Source: an uncultured Candidatus Binatia bacterium
GTDB lineage: Bacteria > Desulfobacterota > Binatia > UBA9968 > JAJDTQ01
Assembly (NCBI GenBank): GCA_965215605.1
Contig: OZ244070.1
Coordinates: 288,001-352,000 of the forward strand
Direction: 5' to 3'
DNA: 64,000 nt
The translations under genes and the position numbers were made by a program. The notes beneath the pieces are model-generated. The model made no database searches, was not told the origin of the DNA, and was given only the letters and a program-made list of their open reading frames with translations. Below, one piece after another: positions 22,334-31,308 of the stretch (position 1 is its first letter; each line of letters begins with the position of its first letter).

Positions 22334-23626
22334 GTGCAAGCCCCGCCACCCCATCCAGCCCGGGCCGGCTCACCGTCCACGTTCTTCTACGGCTGGATCA
22401 TCCTGCTGGGAGGCTTTCTCATCCTGGTGGTGGACGGCGGCGTGCGCTTCTCCTTCGGCGTCCTGGTGAAGCCGCTGGCGGCCGAGTTCGGGTGGGACCG
22501 CGGCGCCATCACGTTCGCCTACACGCTGAACATGCTGGTTTTCGGCTTCGGGCAGATGATGGCCGGACGCCTGTTGGACCGCTACGGGCCGCGGCTGCTG
22601 TTTTCGGTCTCGGCGCTGGTGGCTTCCGCCGGTCTTTTCCTGACCTCCCGCACCAGCTCCATCCCCGAGCTCTACCTCTATTACGGCGTCGTCACCGCGG
22701 TGGGAGTCTCGGGAATCACTATCGGCGTGGTCTCCTCCACCGTCTCCCGGTGGTTCAAGAGCCTCCGCGGCCTCATCGGCGGCATCGCCGTCACCGGCAC
22801 CTCCTTCGGTCACTTCGCGATCATCCCGGTGCTGGCTTGGTCCCTGGAACGCTTCGGCTGGCGCGGGTCGTGGATGGGGCTGGGCGTCCTGGTCTCCGCG
22901 GTGGTGGTCCCGGTGGCGCTGGGGCTCATGAAGAAAGAGCCCGCGGACATGGGCCTGGAGCCCTACGAAACCGCCGGCGCGTCCTCAGTTCGGCGAACCT
23001 CCCCTGCGCCGGACTTCTCACCCAGGGAGGCATTCCTGTCCCGCAGCTTCCTGTTCGTGGCCCTGGCCTACGGCCTTTGCGGCTTCCAGGATTTCTTTTT
23101 CGTGACCCAGTTCATCCCCTTTGCCACCGACGCCGGCCTCACCAGCCAGCACGCCTCGAACATCCAGGGCCTGGCCGGCTTGGTAAGCCTGGCCGGCGTC
23201 CTGGTCTTTCCGGCGCTGACGGAAAAGGCAGGCCACGGCATTCCCCTGTCGTTCATGTTTCTCTTGCGCGCCGTCTGCTACGGATTGCTCGTTTTCTCGT
23301 CCGCGCAACCGGCCATATTCGCGGCGGCCCTGTTGATGGGGTTCACGCTCATGGCCACCGCGCCCCTTGCCGCCGCCATGACCGGCGACTACTTCGGGGT
23401 CAGGAACATCGGCCTGATCACCGGCGCCATCCTCTGGGTCCACCACACCGGCGGAGCCCTCGGCGCACTGCTGGGAGGGGTGGCGCACGCGGCCACCGGA
23501 TCCTACGCCGGGATGTTCATGGCCTGCCTCGTCATGGCCTTCACCGGCGCGGCCGTATGCCTGGGGATCCGGCCGCCCGGGGGACCGCTGGTGCCGCGGG
23601 CCGGCAGATCTCCATCTGATCCCTGA
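22334..23626 (+). CDS. MFS transporter (MCT/OFA-like)
   Basis: FFYGWII, GRLLDRYGPR motif A, about 12 TM segments; start (GTG) uncertain. Confidence 0.88.
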   Translation: MQAPPPHPARAGSPSTFFYGWIILLGGFLILVVDGGVRFSFGVLVKPLAAEFGWDRGAITFAYTLNMLVFGFGQMMAGRLLDRYGPRLLFSVSALVASAGLFLTSRTSSIPELYLYYGVVTAVGVSGITIGVVSSTVSRWFKSLRGLIGGIAVTGTSFGHFAIIPVLAWSLERFGWRGSWMGLGVLVSAVVVPVALGLMKKEPADMGLEPYETAGASSVRRTSPAPDFSPREAFLSRSFLFVALAYGLCGFQDFFFVTQFIPFATDAGLTSQHASNIQGLAGLVSLAGVLVFPALTEKAGHGIPLSFMFLLRAVCYGLLVFSSAQPAIFAAALLMGFTLMATAPLAAAMTGDYFGVRNIGLITGAILWVHHTGGALGALLGGVAHAATGSYAGMFMACLVMAFTGAAVCLGIRPPGGPLVPRAGRSPSDP

Positions 23627-23696
23627 CCGCTACACGGTTGACTCGCCGCTTGCGGGCGAGTAAGCCGCTCAGGACCGCGACACTATCGGAGGAAAC

Positions 23697-24383
23697 ATGA
23701 TCGACGCATATTCCTGGCGCACCAGCAACGGCCGCAAGCTGCACATCGGGCTGGAGGAGTTGGGCCTCGAATACCGCATCCATCCCATCGACATCCGCAA
23801 GGGGCAACAGTTCGAGGCCGACTTTCTCAAGATCAGCCCCAACAACAAGATCCCGGCCATCGTCGACCAGGACGGCCCCGGCGGAAAGCCCTACGCGGTG
23901 TTCGAGTCGGGAGCCATCCTCATGTATCTCGCCGAGAAGACCGGCAAGCTCATGCCCCAGGACACGGAGCGGCGCTACGTGGTGATCCAGTGGCTCATGT
24001 TCCAGATGGGCGGCATCGGTCCGATGCTCGGGCAGGCCAACCACTTCCGCGGCCAAGCCCCGGACAACGAGTACGGCGTCAGGCGCTACACCAACGAAGC
24101 CGGACGCCTCTACGGCGTCATGGACACGCGCCTGCGGGACCACGAGTACCTGGCCGACGAATACTCCATCGCCGACATCGCCTGCTATCCCTGGCTCCAG
24201 GGCCACGAGAAGCAGGGACAGGACCTGAACGACTTACCCCACGTCAAACGCTGGTTCGAAGCCGTCACCGCCCGTCCCGGCGTGCAACGCGGCCTCCAGG
24301 TCATGGCCGACGTACCCGTCACCCCCATGGACGACAAGGCCCGGGAGATCATGTACGGGGCGAAGCAGTACGAAAGGCGCTGA
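23697..24383 (+). CDS. GST, YfcG/YghU-like disulfide oxidoreductase
   Basis: TSNGRK, ISPNNKIPAIVD, FESGAIL, WLMFQMGGIGPMLGQANHF. Confidence 0.9.
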   Translation: MIDAYSWRTSNGRKLHIGLEELGLEYRIHPIDIRKGQQFEADFLKISPNNKIPAIVDQDGPGGKPYAVFESGAILMYLAEKTGKLMPQDTERRYVVIQWLMFQMGGIGPMLGQANHFRGQAPDNEYGVRRYTNEAGRLYGVMDTRLRDHEYLADEYSIADIACYPWLQGHEKQGQDLNDLPHVKRWFEAVTARPGVQRGLQVMADVPVTPMDDKAREIMYGAKQYERR

Positions 24384-24405
24384 CGGCGTTTAACACGGGC
24401 CCCGT

Positions 24406-25434
24406 TCAATCCTCCGCGCTCAGCTCCTTCCGGTACTTGCGCCAGCGGCCGCGGAACTGGTGATAGGTCAACCCCAGCGTGTCGGCCGCTTCACGCTGGT
24501 TGTATCGCGCGGCCGCCAGGCTTTCCCGTATCATGCGCACCTCGAGGTCTCGCACCGCTGCTTCCAGTGAACGGCTGTTCCCGTCGGGCGGACCTTCCGG
24601 ACTGGCCGGCGGGGGCGCCTGAGCCGGCGCCGCGGCATCGTGCCCGGGGCCCGCGGCCGCACCGAAGGGCGAGACGAAGGGATCGAACGCGATCTCGTCG
24701 ACGTCGGGGCCGGCGGATCGATACACGGCCCGCTCCACCAGGTTCCTGAGCTCGCGCACGTTACCGGGCCAGGGATAGCGTTCCATCCGCGCGACCACCC
24801 CGGGGCTGAACCGGGGCAGCTCCGTCCAGCACAACTCGTGGGCCATCCTCGCGGCGAAGTGGACGGCCAGCAGCAGGACATCGCCCCGGCGCGCCCGAAG
24901 CGGCGGGATGAACAGGACATCGAACGAGAGCCGGTCGAGCAGGTCGCGCTTGAAACGGCCCTCACGGGCCAGTGAAGGCAGATCCGCGTTGGTGGCGCCG
25001 ATGATTCGGGCCTCCACGTGTACAGGCGTGGACGACCCCACCCGTTCGAAGCTGCCGTACTCCACCACCCGGAGGATCTTCTCCTGCACTTCCATGGGGA
25101 TGAGGGCGATCTCGTCCAGGAAGAGCGTTCCGCCGGCGGCCGTCTCGAACCGTCCGGTGCGCCGCCGGTGCGCGCCAGTGAAGGCGCCTTCTTCGTGTCC
25201 GAACAACTCGGACTCCAGCAGCGCAGGCGCCAGCGCCGCGCAGTTCAGCGTGACCAGAGGCCCGCGCCAACGCGAGGACAGGTAGTGGAGCTTGGCTGCG
25301 GCCAGTTCCTTGCCGGTCCCCCGCTCGCCTATCAGCAGGACCGGACGGTCAACCTTGGCCGCGCGGGACAGCGTTTCCTGAAAGTCGAGGAAGGCGTCCG
25401 ACTGTCCGATGGGCTCCGTGTATGACTCGGGCAT
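24406..25434 (-). CDS. pspF: Sigma54-dependent phage shock operon activator
   Basis: GERGTGKE, GAFTGA, FLDEI, DLLDRLSF, C-terminal HTH GLTYHQFR; no receiver domain; divergent from pspA. Confidence 0.95.
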   Translation of the reverse strand: MPESYTEPIGQSDAFLDFQETLSRAAKVDRPVLLIGERGTGKELAAAKLHYLSSRWRGPLVTLNCAALAPALLESELFGHEEGAFTGAHRRRTGRFETAAGGTLFLDEIALIPMEVQEKILRVVEYGSFERVGSSTPVHVEARIIGATNADLPSLAREGRFKRDLLDRLSFDVLFIPPLRARRGDVLLLAVHFAARMAHELCWTELPRFSPGVVARMERYPWPGNVRELRNLVERAVYRSAGPDVDEIAFDPFVSPFGAAAGPGHDAAAPAQAPPPASPEGPPDGNSRSLEAAVRDLEVRMIRESLAAARYNQREAADTLGLTYHQFRGRWRKYRKELSAED

Positions 25435-25569
25435 CTACGTCCCCGTATGGTGTAAAATACTATTTTACGGTTTTTTTAACTTAAATCTAGTTTTATTGAC
25501 GATAATATCGAAACGCTGTGACACTTGCAAACCCAACGAAAACAGAAGGTTGCACGTGGCAGGTCATTG

Positions 25570-25585
25570 CGGCACGGTCCGTGCT
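25570..25585 (+). promoter_or_regulatory. Sigma54 -24/-12 promoter of pspABC
   Basis: CGGCACGGTCCGTGCT fits GG-N10-GC; the AT-rich tract at about 25445-25510 likely holds PspF enhancer/IHF sites. Confidence 0.75.
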
Positions 25586-25634
25586 TTATCCATGCGTGTA
25601 ACCGTTTCCGCAAACCTGCCGAGGGAGGAGTCAA

Positions 25635-26303
25635 ATGGGGATCTTTACACGCCTGAGCGACATCGTCAGCTCGAACATCAGCTCCATGCTGGACAAGGCC
25701 GAGGATCCGGAAAAGCTCATCCGGTTGATGATCCAGGAGATGGAGGACACGCTGGTGGAGATCAAGGTCGCCTGCGCCCAGGCGATGGCGGCGCGCAAGA
25801 AGGTCGAGCGCGAACTGGATGAGGCGCGGCGGCGCGGCGACCAGTGGGAAGAGAAGGCGAAGCTCGCCGTCGCCAAGGGACGGGAGGACTTGGCGCGGGA
25901 GGCGCTGGTGGAGAAGCGGCGTTACCGTGAGCGAGCCGAGGTCCTGGAGGACGAGGCCGTCCAGTGCGCCGGCATCATCGAGCAGTACCAGTCGGACATG
26001 GTCCAATTGGAGGACAAGCTGGCGAAAGCGCGCGAGAACCAACGGATTCTGGTACAACGCCACATCCAGGCGCACAAGCGCAAGCGGGCGCAAACCGGGA
26101 TCCGGAAGATGACCAGCGCCGACACCATGCTGCGGTTCGAGCAGTTCGAGAACCGCATCGAGCGCATGGAAGCGGAGGCCGACCTAGTGAATTTCGCGCA
26201 CAAGCCGGACCTCGATGACGTGTTCGCCCGCCTGGAGCAGGACGAGGAGATCGAAGCCGAACTGCGCAGGCTCAAGGACGGCGCCGGGCGGTCCGAGACC
26301 TGA
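25635..26303 (+). CDS. pspA: Phage shock protein A
   Basis: MGIFTRLSDIVSSNI..LDKAEDPEKLIRLMIQEMEDTLVE; coiled coil. Confidence 0.96.
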   Translation: MGIFTRLSDIVSSNISSMLDKAEDPEKLIRLMIQEMEDTLVEIKVACAQAMAARKKVERELDEARRRGDQWEEKAKLAVAKGREDLAREALVEKRRYRERAEVLEDEAVQCAGIIEQYQSDMVQLEDKLAKARENQRILVQRHIQAHKRKRAQTGIRKMTSADTMLRFEQFENRIERMEAEADLVNFAHKPDLDDVFARLEQDEEIEAELRRLKDGAGRSET

Positions 26304-26362
26304 GGCGCGGCCGCGGTCCCAGCGCATGATCCCCACGCGCGGGGACCGTGCCGGAAGGCGTC

Positions 26363-26587
26363 ATGGAAGTCATGGGAATCATAATGGGAGTGCTCGGGAT
26401 CCTCTTGATCCTGGGAGCGATACTGATCGTCATGGTGGTGTGGGCCATCCGGGCGCTGCGCAGGAACGGAGCCGGCAGTGACGAGGCCCGCCTGATGCAG
26501 GAGATATACCAAGGCCTCAGCAAACTCGAGGACCGGGTGGAATCCCTGGAGACCATTCTACTCGACAGAAAGGAAAGACAGCCATGA
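26363..26587 (+). CDS. pspB: Phage shock protein B
   Basis: Single TM then LEDRVESLETILLD; lies between pspA and pspC. Confidence 0.85.
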   Translation: MEVMGIIMGVLGILLILGAILIVMVVWAIRALRRNGAGSDEARLMQEIYQGLSKLEDRVESLETILLDRKERQP

Positions 26588-26979
26588 CTCAAGGCAGTTC
26601 CCGCATCTATCGCTCGCGTCGCGGGGTCATCCTCGGCGTATGCCGCGGTCTTGCGGAACACCTGGACCTGTCGGTTTTCTGGGTCCGGGTGATCGCCGTG
26701 GTGATTCTGATCAGCACCGGATTCTGGCCGGTGGCCGGCCTCTACCTGCTGGCCGCCCTGATCCTGAAGCCGGAGCCCGTGCTGCCGTTGCAGACGGCGA
26801 GAGAACAGGACTTCTACAACAGCTACGCGCACTCGCGCGCCCACGCGTTGGACCGGCTGCGCCACACCTTCGGTCAACTCGACCGCCGTATCCGCCGCAT
26901 GGAGAGCGTGGTCACCAATCGCGAGTACGATTGGGAGCGGCGGCTGCGGACCGGAGAACGGAAACCCGAGCGGGATTGA
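26584..26979 (+). CDS. pspC: Phage shock protein C
   Basis: YRSRRGVILGVCRGLAEH PspC domain, RIRRMESVVT; ATGA overlap with pspB. Confidence 0.93.
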   Translation: MTQGSSRIYRSRRGVILGVCRGLAEHLDLSVFWVRVIAVVILISTGFWPVAGLYLLAALILKPEPVLPLQTAREQDFYNSYAHSRAHALDRLRHTFGQLDRRIRRMESVVTNREYDWERRLRTGERKPERD

Positions 26980-26996
26980 CAGTGGCGTCGGGCGCG

Positions 26997-28139
26997 TCAA
27001 CTGCGGGTCACGCGGAACCGCGCCATGAAACGGCCGTCCACCCGGTCCTTCAGCAGCCAGCACCAGCGGGCGTGGGCGGCCCACCCCTTGTAGTCCATCA
27101 GCGCCTTGCCGTCGCCGGTGTTAAGGAGCCGCAGGAAATCATGCTGCGGCTCGTAGCGGGCCGGCGGCTCGCCGCGCACCAGCGCGTCGATGTTGCGCCA
27201 CAGGACCGGCCCCTGGCGGACGGCGTACACTCCCGCCTTGGGCGCGGCGGCGCCCGTCATGGTGCCGCTATCCCCCACTGCAAAGACGTTGTCCGAGCCG
27301 GTGGACTGGAGCGTGTCGCGGGTGAGCAGGAAGCCCCTGGGGTCTTTCGGCAGGGTGGTGTTCTCCAGCACCGGCGGCGGCGCCGCGCCCGCGGCCAGGA
27401 TGACCAAGTCCGCGGGAATGCGCCGTCCGTCGGCGCACGCCGTTTCCCGGGCGTCCACGCGGGTGACGCGCGCCCCCGCGACCACCTCCACGCCGCGTGC
27501 AGCCAGCAGCGCCTCCGCCTTGCGCAGGGCCCGGGGAGACAGTCCCCCGCCGATGTGCTTTCCCGCGTCAACGATGGTGACGGTGTGGCGTGCCGCTCCC
27601 GCAACCCGGTGCAGGTAGGCGGGCAGGCACAGGCCGATCTCGATGCCGCCCACGCCGCCGCCGATGACCAATATCCGCAGTTCCTCGCGACCCTGCCGCT
27701 CCAGTTCCTGCAACCGTTCGTAGAGGCGCATGAGAAACGTCTGCATGGGCTTGATGGGAACCCAGGCGTCGTCAGGCGCGTCGATGCCGGCGCGGTAGGG
27801 CACCGAGCCCGCGCCCACGGACAGGACGTCGAAGGGGACCGGCGCGTGTTGCTCGAAGCGGACGGTCCGGCTCTCCATGTCCACGCTCAGGGCGGGCTCC
27901 ACCACCAACTCGGCCCGGGCCGCGTGGACGAGGCTCCGCAGGTCGATCTCCAGCCTGCCGGGCGGGTACTGGCCCGACAGGGTGCCGGGCAGCATGCCGG
28001 AATAGGTGGCGGCGGCGAAGCTCGACACGCACACGAGGCGGGCGCCCGGAAGGGGTTCGCGCCGCCACCTGTCCAGGACATGGGCGTTGGTGTGGCCGAT
28101 GCCGAGGAGGACGATCCGCGCGGAGTCAGCCAAGGGCAC
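26997..28139 (-). CDS. FAD-dependent pyridine nucleotide oxidoreductase (like the N-terminal domain of SelD fusions)
   Basis: YSGMLPG, IGGGVGGIE, FAVGD, PKAGVYAVRQGP, KDRVDGRFM. Confidence 0.85.
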   Translation of the reverse strand: MPLADSARIVLLGIGHTNAHVLDRWRREPLPGARLVCVSSFAAATYSGMLPGTLSGQYPPGRLEIDLRSLVHAARAELVVEPALSVDMESRTVRFEQHAPVPFDVLSVGAGSVPYRAGIDAPDDAWVPIKPMQTFLMRLYERLQELERQGREELRILVIGGGVGGIEIGLCLPAYLHRVAGAARHTVTIVDAGKHIGGGLSPRALRKAEALLAARGVEVVAGARVTRVDARETACADGRRIPADLVILAAGAAPPPVLENTTLPKDPRGFLLTRDTLQSTGSDNVFAVGDSGTMTGAAAPKAGVYAVRQGPVLWRNIDALVRGEPPARYEPQHDFLRLLNTGDGKALMDYKGWAAHARWCWLLKDRVDGRFMARFRVTRS

Positions 28140-28737
28140 GGACGGACGGACGCGCGGTCATGCGTTCATACCACGCCTGCAGCAGCGGCAGGCTCGGGTC
28201 CGGCAGGATGCCCCACTGGACGTGGCGCATGATCCGGGGCAGGTGGGCCGCGTCGAGAAGCGAGAAGTCGCCGGCCATGTAGTGACGCCCTTCGAGCTCC
28301 TGCTCCAGCGGTTGCAGATCCTGGATGAACCGGGCCTTGGCCGCGGCCAGCGCGCCGGCGTCGCGCTCGTCCTCGGGCTTCATCATCTCCGTGCGGATGG
28401 CCTGGTGGCTGTCGTTGGTGTGGGTGACGCCATAGTCGATGAGGATGCGTATCCGGGCGCGCGCCGAGGCGTCGGCGGGCAGCAGCGGCGGATCCGGGTA
28501 CTTCTCTTCCAGGTACTCGTTGATGATACACGACTCGTAGAGCACCGTGTCGCCGTCCACCAGCACCGGCACCTTGCCGTGGGGATTCATGGCGAGGTAC
28601 TCCGGATCCTTCTGCTCCCGCTTGCGCAGGTCCACGGGAACCGTCTCGTAGGCCAGCCCCTTCTCTTCCAGCACCACCTTCACCCGCTGACAATTGGGCG
28701 AGGTCGCGAAATCGTACAGCTTGATGGCGTCGCTCAT
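28126..28737 (-). CDS. Glutathione S-transferase family protein
   Basis: SPNCQRV, MNPHGKVPVL, YESCIINEYL. Confidence 0.9.
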   Translation of the reverse strand: MSDAIKLYDFATSPNCQRVKVVLEEKGLAYETVPVDLRKREQKDPEYLAMNPHGKVPVLVDGDTVLYESCIINEYLEEKYPDPPLLPADASARARIRILIDYGVTHTNDSHQAIRTEMMKPEDERDAGALAAAKARFIQDLQPLEQELEGRHYMAGDFSLLDAAHLPRIMRHVQWGILPDPSLPLLQAWYERMTARPSVRALG

Positions 28738-28801
28738 TTTCGTGCTCCCTTTCGGCGGGACCTCGGCACGCGCCGTCATGGCGCGGGCAGGAGCCCAACC
28801 C

Positions 28802-30280
28802 CTATTGCCGGTGTCCCCGCACCACCCGGTCCAGCTCGTCTTTCCACTTGCCGGCCACGCTGTCGTGGGTCTCCTTGTCGATCTGGCTCACCGCCGGGAA
28901 CTGGTCCTTCCACTCGAAGGGCCGGGTGGCGTCGATGATGGCGCGGGAGTTGAGGCCCTTCTTGTCACGGGGAATGATGGGGTCCAGCGGCCCGCTCCAG
29001 GTGCGCCGGATGATGTCGATGGAATCCACGGGGTTGGAGCGGGTGCACATGGCCCACACCACCTCGTTCAGGTTGGTGATGTCCACGTCGTCGTCCACCA
29101 CCACCACGTAGCGGCCGAGGTAGGCGCCCGCGTGGCACTGGGCGGCCATGAGTGCCGCCTGCTTGGCATGGCCGGGATAGCGCTGGCGGATGGAGACGAC
29201 GATCATGAAGCGCTGGGCCGGCGGCGGCACGTACACGCCGACGACGTCCGGCACCCCGCCCCTCTCGACGCCGTTCCAGATCATCGCCGAACGCAGCATG
29301 GAACGGTACATGCCGTGGATGGTGGGCCGGAACGGCGGCGCGCTGGTGAGGATCGGATCGTCCCGGTGGTAGAGGGCCTTCAACTGCACCACCGGCTCGG
29401 CCCGGCGGGCGCTGGCGTAGTAGCCGGTCCACTCGCCGAAGGGGCCCTCGGGACGGGTGTCGCCCGGGATAATCTCCCCTTCCACCACGATCTCGGCCGC
29501 GGCTGGCACCCGGAGGCCGGTGAGCGGGGCCTCGATGACGCTCAGGGGCTGATCCACCAGGCCGCCGGCCCAGGCGTACTCGCTCACCCCCGGCGGCACC
29601 GCCTGGGACGCGGCCACGAACATCAGCGGGTGCTGGCCGAAGGCCATGGCCACCTGCACCGGCTTGCCCGCCTTGAGCGACTTCTCCATGTGCATGCGCC
29701 CGTGCTTGCCCGGGGAGATGTAGAGCGCGAGCTTGTCGGCCTCGTGGACCATGACCCGGTAGCAGCCGACGTTCTCCTCGCCGGTTTCCGGGTCCCGGGT
29801 CACCACCAGATGCGCGGTGCCGAGGTAGCGGCCGCCGTCGCCCGAGTGCCAGCGCGGAACCGGGATGTCGAGGATGTTGATGTCCTTGCCCGTATGGCGG
29901 TTCTCCATCACCGGGCCGGTGGGCACCACCCGGGGCTCGAGAGGCGTGAGATCGGCCAGCCGGGTACGCAAGCGGTCGATGACCTCGATGGTGCTGAGGT
30001 CCAGCGGCAGGCCGAGGGTCAGCGCCGTCCGCTCCATGGTCTCCATCATATTGGCGAGGACCCGCCCCTGGCCCTTGTGGCCAGCGACGTTCTCGAACAG
30101 AAGCGCCGGCGGCGCCGGCGACCGCTCGCAGACGATCTCGTTCAGGGCGCCCACCTCAAGGTCCCAGTGGGCGCCGGAGATGCGCTCCAACTGGCCGATT
30201 TCCTCCACCTGCCGGAGCCACACCCGAAGATCGTCAAAGGTCGTCGGCTCCTGGTCGTGCTTGCGTTCTGGTCTTGCCAT
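28802..30280 (-). CDS. UbiD family prFMN-dependent (de)carboxylase, paralog 1
   Basis: DLRVWL, DGGRYLGT, GCYRVM, EGPFGEWTGYY, VVVVDDDVD, IIDATRP. Confidence 0.92.
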   Translation of the reverse strand: MARPERKHDQEPTTFDDLRVWLRQVEEIGQLERISGAHWDLEVGALNEIVCERSPAPPALLFENVAGHKGQGRVLANMMETMERTALTLGLPLDLSTIEVIDRLRTRLADLTPLEPRVVPTGPVMENRHTGKDINILDIPVPRWHSGDGGRYLGTAHLVVTRDPETGEENVGCYRVMVHEADKLALYISPGKHGRMHMEKSLKAGKPVQVAMAFGQHPLMFVAASQAVPPGVSEYAWAGGLVDQPLSVIEAPLTGLRVPAAAEIVVEGEIIPGDTRPEGPFGEWTGYYASARRAEPVVQLKALYHRDDPILTSAPPFRPTIHGMYRSMLRSAMIWNGVERGGVPDVVGVYVPPPAQRFMIVVSIRQRYPGHAKQAALMAAQCHAGAYLGRYVVVVDDDVDITNLNEVVWAMCTRSNPVDSIDIIRRTWSGPLDPIIPRDKKGLNSRAIIDATRPFEWKDQFPAVSQIDKETHDSVAGKWKDELDRVVRGHRQ

Positions 30281-30300
30281 TTTCCACCTCTCGGTAGCCG

Positions 30301-31308
30301 CTATTCCGGTTCCTTCAACTCCCAGGTCTCCGGCGCGAACAACTCCTCGGGCGAGAGGTTGCGCTCGCAGATGCCCTGGGCCTCGCAGTATTCGATGAAG
30401 GTATTGAGGACGTCTCGGTTGGCGTCCAGGCCGTAGGGACACGGATCGCCTCCGAACACCGCGCTTTCTTCATCCAGCGCGTGCTGCCGCCACGCCATCA
30501 CCATGCTCGGGATGTTGGCGTACCAGTGCCGCGCCTGCCGCTTCGCCTGGCTGAACAGCTCGAAGAGGGCGGCCGCGACCTCGGGTTTTTGCTCCAGCAC
30601 CGATTTCCGGACGGCCAGCACGTGCATGATGGGAAAGATCCGGGTCTTCCTGAAGTACTCCGCCTCGACGTCCCGGTAGTCCCCGAACAACCGCTTCAGT
30701 CCCGGGTCGGCCAGGAGCGGCGGAAGCTGCGTCTCGGTGACGCCCAGCATGTCCAGGCGCCCTTCCCGGATCGCCGCCATGGCGCGGTCGGCGGCGCTCC
30801 CTTCTCCCTGCAGCACCTCGATGACGGCCCCGCCGGGCAGCTTCACCAAGGTCTCGGGACTGCCGTCGTCCCAGTGGTGCAGGGAAGCCGCGTGCCATTG
30901 GGAATTGGACGGCGTCACGCCGTACTCGTTCATCAGAGTGCCGCGGATCCACACCGCCGCGGTCTGGACCCAACGCAGGAAGCCGAGCCGCTTGCCCACG
31001 AGATCCTCCGGCGTGTCGATGCCGGCGTCCCGCCGGACGACGATGAAGCCGTGGCGGAACATACGGGACGGAAAGACCGGAATGCCGATGAAGTCGCTCT
31101 GGTTCCGCGACGTGTAGTAGATGAGCTCGGCCAGCGACATCTCCGAGACGTCGAACTCGCCCCGGTACATGGCGGCGAACATGCCCTGCACGCTCACCTG
31201 CTCTACGGCCTCCAGCTCGATTCCGGGAGCGCCGAGGACGCCCCGGAGAATGGCGTTGGTGCCGTCGTAGTTGCGGCAGGCAAGACGGAGTTGGCAGGGG
31301 TCGGCCAT
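30301..31308 (-). CDS. 4,5-dihydroxyphthalate decarboxylase (PhtD/OphC)-like protein, SBP fold
   Basis: FDVSEMSL, PVFPSRMFRH, QTAAVWIRG, IFPIMH, PYGLDANR; TGATG coupled to the upstream UbiD. Confidence 0.85.
   Translation of the reverse strand: MADPCQLRLACRNYDGTNAILRGVLGAPGIELEAVEQVSVQGMFAAMYRGEFDVSEMSLAELIYYTSRNQSDFIGIPVFPSRMFRHGFIVVRRDAGIDTPEDLVGKRLGFLRWVQTAAVWIRGTLMNEYGVTPSNSQWHAASLHHWDDGSPETLVKLPGGAVIEVLQGEGSAADRAMAAIREGRLDMLGVTETQLPPLLADPGLKRLFGDYRDVEAEYFRKTRIFPIMHVLAVRKSVLEQKPEVAAALFELFSQAKRQARHWYANIPSMVMAWRQHALDEESAVFGGDPCPYGLDANRDVLNTFIEYCEAQGICERNLSPEELFAPETWELKEPE

Noticed and set aside
25557-25570. TGGCAGGTCATTGC as the sigma54 promoter
   Set aside because: The GG-to-GC spacing is 9 nt, not 10. 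The adjacent motif at 25570-25585 fits.
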